Both the position numbers and the translations under genes were made by a program. The notes under the pieces are model-generated. The model saw nothing but the letters and a program-made list of their open reading frames with translations, was not told where the DNA came from and did not search any database. DNA of 64,000 bases. Source: Pecten maximus (lineage: Eukaryota). Location: positions 36,022,001 to 36,086,000 of the forward strand of contig NC_047016.1 of the NCBI RefSeq assembly GCF_902652985.1, read 5' to 3'. The stretch's first letter is position 1, and the number at the start of each line of letters is the position of its first letter. Below, piece after piece: positions 58,274-64,000 of this stretch.

Positions 58274-59347
58274 CTGAACTTAAAACGAGACTCATGACCT
58301 TTGTGCCTTTACTTGAGTTGTAATTATTAACACTTAGTGGTCTCCATTTACATAAAAACTATTAATATATACTTTAATGTAATTGTCATTATCTACCTCG
58401 TAATAATGAAGATCGAGCTGTGATATACTAAATTACTTATACGTTTCTACTATGTATTCTGTGTGTCTACCGTGATAATGGTTGACAATTGTGATTTTTG
58501 TAATGACACAAGTATAAAATATATTTAATCATTCTGCGATATACTGAAACCAGGGTGTCTTCTGTATGATATACATTTTTATATTTACATAATACAATAA
58601 GATTATTCTGTGATATGATGTTTCTATGGTATGTTGTTAATCTCTTGCAATGCCACGAGTTTGTATAGTTACGTAATACATGTATATAATAAGATAAGTC
58701 TATTGTATCCAGGTTATTATCTTGCAGTGGCACGAGTTTGTACGTAATACAATAAAATTATTCTGTGATATACATGTACTATAATAAGATATTTCTATCT
58801 TATGGTGTTAATATTGAATATAGGTTTATCTTTTGTACTGGTATACATCAAGTACTAATATTATCCTATTATATGCTATTATTAGATTAATGTCTAACAT
58901 TGCAATACGACAAGGTTGTATACCTGTATACTATTATTTATTTACAATGTAGTTCACTTTAAATATAATCAAGCTTACTGTGATATAAGACGCTGTTTCA
59001 ATAATGTTTATTATGATTTCATTTTAATCTGTGGGCCGCAGTTCATCAGAACACATTACTTTAAAACATTACCTGTGTCATATGTCAGGGCGGACATGTC
59101 TAGGAAACCATTTCATCGGCCCAGCATAACCAAGTTTCATTATGACAATTGTATCAATGTCTATTGTGATATTGTGTGATCTGAATTGTCAGAAGTCTAG
59201 ATAAAGGAGTCTTAAAATTGGTCAATTAAACAGCATTCAAATCCATGTTAATTATCAAAAGGATATAATTATGTAAATAATATCTTTGATAATGAAACTT
59301 TCAGATTTGTATCTATTAAATGAATTTACAATATATTGTCTTATTGT

Positions 59348-59350
59348 CAC

Positions 59351-59387
<37 letters not shown>
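59348..59387. repeat. (CA)n microsatellite
   Basis: Read directly. Confidence 0.95.
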
Positions 59388-59388
<1 letters not shown>

Positions 59389-60123
59389 CCTATATGTATG
59401 TATATGGCTATCTTATAGAATGAACATTTAAAAGTTAGATATATCCATTATGATCGGATGGTAAAGCGATAGCTCGACAGTCGTAGGGGTTGAGAATGCA
59501 TAAACAGACATCAATCGAAAACAAAAATCATAACGATCTTTATTTGCACGATGACAACTGTTTTTAACGCGCTTATTCAGCTCAACTGAAGACATGTTTT
59601 GTACAGGAGTATATTATGAAACTGCATCACCGCCATATGCAATGTTCATTATTGCGCATCCGCTTGTCTTATTTGCCTCTCTGGATGTAGGTATTGATAA
59701 ACATTGACTGTAAGTGTCTTGTTTATGGAACTTTGACTCCATGAAGATACTACATCTCCGACACACATTAACCTGAGTTGACACATTTTTATCGCACGAT
59801 TACCGTAGTCTGGTTTACTAGTATATGTATACAGTTATAAATATACCTATCTCATATTACCTAAAACGATTTATGTGGCGTCATGGTATAGTGACAGCAG
59901 AGGACGTGAAGTAAAACTGTCGGTCACTTACAATGACAAAGATTTCGATGTTCACCAAAAGAGCGACTACCTTTCTAGATATATTCATATTTACATAACT
60001 CGAATTAATTATCTCAGACAATAATTATCTAGCTATAACGACGAGAGATGTAGAATTTCTTATTCATTATTTATTTGTTTTTTTAGGATTTTCGAGTGAT
60101 CAACATTATTCATAATGACCAAT

Positions 60124-60775
60124 CAGCTAGCGTAAGACATTGTATGATAGTAGTTTGTTGATAAACTTAACAGCCAGCGTAAGACCTTGAATGATAGTAG
60201 TTTGTTGATAAACTTAACAGCCAGCGTAAGACCTTGTATAATAGTAGTTTGTTGATAAACTTAACAGCCAGCGTAAGACCTTGTATAATGGTATTTTGTT
60301 GATAAACTTAACAGCCAGCGTAAGACCTTGAATAATAGTATTTTGTTGATAAACTTAACAACTAGCGTAAGACCTTGGATAATAGTATTTTGTTGATAAA
60401 CTTAACAGCTAGCGTAAGACCTTGTATAATAGTAGTTTGTTGATAAACTTAACAACTAGCGTAAGACCTTGTATAATAGTAGTTTGTTGATAAACTTAAC
60501 AGATAGCGTAAGACCTTATATAATAGTAGTTTGTTGATAAACTTAACAGCCAGCGTAAGACCTTGTATAATAGTATTTTGCTGATTAACTAAACAGCCAG
60601 CGTAAGACCTTGTAAAATAGTAGTTTGTTGATAAACTTAACAGCGAGCGTAAGACCTTGTATAATAGTATTTTGTTGATAAACTTAACAGCTAGCGTTAG
60701 ACTTGAATAATAGTTTTAGTTTTAATGATTAACTTAACAGCCAGCGTAAGACTTGAATACTAGCATTTTGCTGAT
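60124..60775 (+). repeat. 47-bp tandem repeat (~13-14 copies)
   Basis: CAGCCAGCGTAAGACCTTGTATAATAGTAGTTTGTTGATAAACTTAA repeated. Confidence 0.93.
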
Positions 60776-62997
60776 GATGTTCACATGTACTTAAAGTAAC
60801 GCGGTAATGTACGATGAATAACGTATTTTATCGCAAGGAGTTGCGCAAGAAATGAAACATTTCTACTTTATTCTCGTAAATATTCATGCTTCTAGAGCCA
60901 TATTTACTAGTACACGTTTATACAAAGTTATGATAAAGATGATGTTGATAAATTAATCAATTTATTATTATAAGATTAGAGGCACCATACAAATGAAGTG
61001 TCTACGATTGAATGGTATTTCTGTAAGTTTGAAAAGGCCATCATGCTTCATGTAAGAATACATTCAACAGTATCTTTTGAACAAGAAAATAAATACTCAT
61101 CAACGTACCCAATTTCTAAACAAATAGTTTAATACCGCTACAAAGTTAACATTCCTCTAGAATCATTCTAGTTATTTCTTTGCTCTAATATAGTCCGGTC
61201 GCTGTAACCCACTGCATGTTGCTCGTAGAAGACTAAAAGTTGGACTCCTGAAGAATCGTAGATTTTCTTCCGTGTCTTCTAATTAAGGGACATTGAAGAG
61301 ACCATTATATATCTCCTTACAACACTTTGGATCTTAAACCTTTCATCTATTTCCTCGCTAATCTGTTGTTGTTTTTTTTTTTTTTTTTTTTTGTTCTTTG
61401 TTTTCTTTCTCTATGTGTGCTGCTGATTGTATCTTAAACCATTTCCCCGATAATCTGTATTTCTGTTCTTTGTTTTCTTACGGTAGGTGTCTTGTTGACG
61501 CTCATACTCATAAGACCCTGGCAGTTGCGAGGACGTTAAACCCCTGAAAACATCTTACCCACAACACACCTATCACACCTGATAGTACTAAAGCATTGAA
61601 ATGAATCAATTCACGATAAGAATATATTGAATGTATATATACATCTGAATATTTCTATCTTGACGTTTTATAAGTGGAAATATCCGTAAAACAACTAATA
61701 CTTTCACTTCCGAGTAAAAGAGATGGGTTGGGATGATGCTGAATAAATTCACAGGAAATATCTTACCTACAGGATTTTTCATTGTATCCCGGTTCCCATT
61801 GAGCATCCACGTCCTCCATGTTCCTGGTTAATGACGTGTTGACTATTTAACAACGCCTTCCCGTATTAAAAACTATGTTTTTGTGATGCATATGCTTGAA
61901 AATCAAACGATAGAAAAATATACTTCATAATCATATAATATTTTCAATATTGTAATTTTATAGATAAAATTGAAACTCGAGAAACACGCTCAACTTTCTG
62001 ATGCACTGACGGTTCATATTAGAAGGAACCGAAAGCGAAAGTAGTTTACAGGAAATTGAAAATACATATGTACTACTCAGAATTAGGTTTAGACTAAAAT
62101 AGCCTAACAGATTTCAGTGATAAAAAGGCCCGTCCACAAATCCATAAGCCGTGCAGGAGTAGGAGAATGTTGTGTGTTGCTTCATGTAGTATGAGGCGAC
62201 TAATACCCTCTTAATGATCGGAGTTTCTCCTGTGTTTAATTTTTCTACATGAGGGATATGGAACTTTGGAAACCCAAACAAATTAGATCTATATTGTATA
62301 CATCTGGATGAAGGAGGCTACTAAAAGTAACCCCTTACAGAAGCTTAATCGGGTTTTTCTTATGTGCTTTCTGCTTAGGTATAAAATTGAGCTCCTCTCC
62401 CCATTCATCCTTCTTGATCTTGATATTGTATTTTGTCTTTCTTACTTGTTCTTTTCTGCTGTGGTGTCAATATTAGGTATTATATGGTTAAAACGGTAAC
62501 ACAGCCCAGGTAACCACAAGTGTATCAACGCGACTGGTAACGGACTAGGCAACAAAGCATGGGTCATATAACACGAGGCGCTGGAACCTGATCATGTCTG
62601 GGGTAGCTGTTCGCCAGGTCAAGGTAAACATAATAGGCTATCAGTCGGGGCCTCACCGATAGACGTCGACCTCAACATCTGTGCCACAACCTGTTTGGAA
62701 GTGTAGAGGTACTCCAACACGTGCGTTAGTAATCTGATACTCTATTTTGACGGTCCGGAATGGTTTGTGAACTAATTCTATGACATCCCAACCAAAGGCG
62801 TTATACATTCTAATATACTTTATATCTATTATAATTTACTTACATTTTGTAAATGTTTCATGTAAATATTATATTGGTTGTTTATAATGAATAATCAACA
62901 CTGTCATACGTTTTAGGAAAGGAGGATGACTCGGAGCTACAGGGAAACGACATCAGAATACAATTATCGATAATTTTAATTATATATGTATATCAAT

Positions 62998-63107
62998 TCT
63001 GAAGAGTCACCTAGACGTGACGAAAGCGCTAGCTGCTGTGTCGTGTTTTTTTTATTCTTTTTAAATGCATATTTTTCGTCCGTAAGGTTCACCTTAAACT
63101 TTTTAAC
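62998..63107 (+). mobile_element. 110-bp insertion beginning with a hammerhead ribozyme core, flanked by an 11-bp direct repeat
   Basis: CTGAAGA GTCAC CTAGAC GTGAC GAAA GCGC TA at 62999-63031. TGTATATCAAT at 62987-62997 and 63108-63118. Confidence 0.7.
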
Positions 63108-64000
63108 TGTATATCAATATATATATATGCATAATTAATTATTACAAGATTTGTTGTGAGCGTTTACGCGATATGTATGCGTAACTTTACTAAGATTTAT
63201 TGACCCGGCTATTACGGGTTCCTTTGGAGTTACTATAAATAAAGTTCCGTGTCATTCACCTTTACCCGTGCTACCATGGAAGATTTTGTAACTTCATGTA
63301 TGTTTTTTGTTTGGTAATGATTGATGTGGTATACAGAACATGTCACAATTGCTGACCTATACGTGTTTATTATAACAGTATACTAAAAGGAATAGCGAGT
63401 AAACCAACCTCTAAACATCGATGTGGTCACAGGAGCTCGAGGTTGACGCTCGTGTTTCAGTCAATGTCGTCACAGGAATTAGTCTATTCTTATAGTATTT
63501 GACCTCGAGTTTCTGTGGCGGTAAGGGAGTTGCAGAACCCTCGGTTATATTAGTCACGACTTCACACGAATGCAAAGTTTAAATGACATTATGCATGTAA
63601 ATGGAATGGTTTACTCGCTATTCCTTACTGCATTTTGTTATTATATAAATATAAGTCAGCACTTGTGACATTTTCTGTATATCATATAAATCATTACGTC
63701 GATTTGATTAAACACGTCACCATCTTTGGTGGTCAGACACTATTATGACGATCGTATTTCAGTCAATGTTGTCTCGGGAACTCGAGGTCAGATACTTTTA
63801 GTACTATTATGAAGCTTGTTTTTCAGTCAGTGTCGTTACAGGCACTCTAGGTCAGGTACTATTATGATGCTTGTTTCTCCGGCCATTAATCTAATTTCCT
63901 TTTGTCAGACAGTGTCGTCCTTTTGCTTATGTAAACGCCTTGGGATTGCTTTCAGGTGAAAGTTCAAGGTCATCGTCACTATAAATAGAAATAATTATAG

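Overview
AT-rich, intron-rich animal genomic DNA with one 500-N gap (9684-10183). The repeat content resembles bivalve mollusc genomes (inference). Six spliced genes are supported: DNLZ/HEP1 (-, exon 1 only), head-to-head with COQ4 (+) across a 69-bp gap; DHX16/Prp2 (+, 5' exons not seen); lysosomal chitobiase CTBS (-); a Cys-rich protein with two LU/three-finger-like domains, a mucin stalk and an ShK domain (+); and an uncharacterised 4-repeat protein with an N-terminal PPxY and C-terminal CaaX (+). Mobile DNA includes a 5'-truncated LINE, an 832-bp foldback element and its 65-83-bp palindromic minis (9-10-bp TSDs), hAT-like and TTAA-flanked MITEs, HINE-like elements, SINE relics and Penelope-like relics. 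The most notable observations are: (1) a 429-bp miniature LTR element whose LTRs carry a tRNA-like Pol III cassette, with PPT and CATG TSD; (2) minimal hammerhead ribozyme motifs, both tandem and as a TSD-flanked insertion; (3) a recurring pattern of tandem arrays seeded at exon/intron junctions or a stop codon, which multiplies splice signals; (4) three single-base homopolymer frameshifts in otherwise intact genes, probably assembly errors. All coordinates and translations were read by eye; no searches were run.
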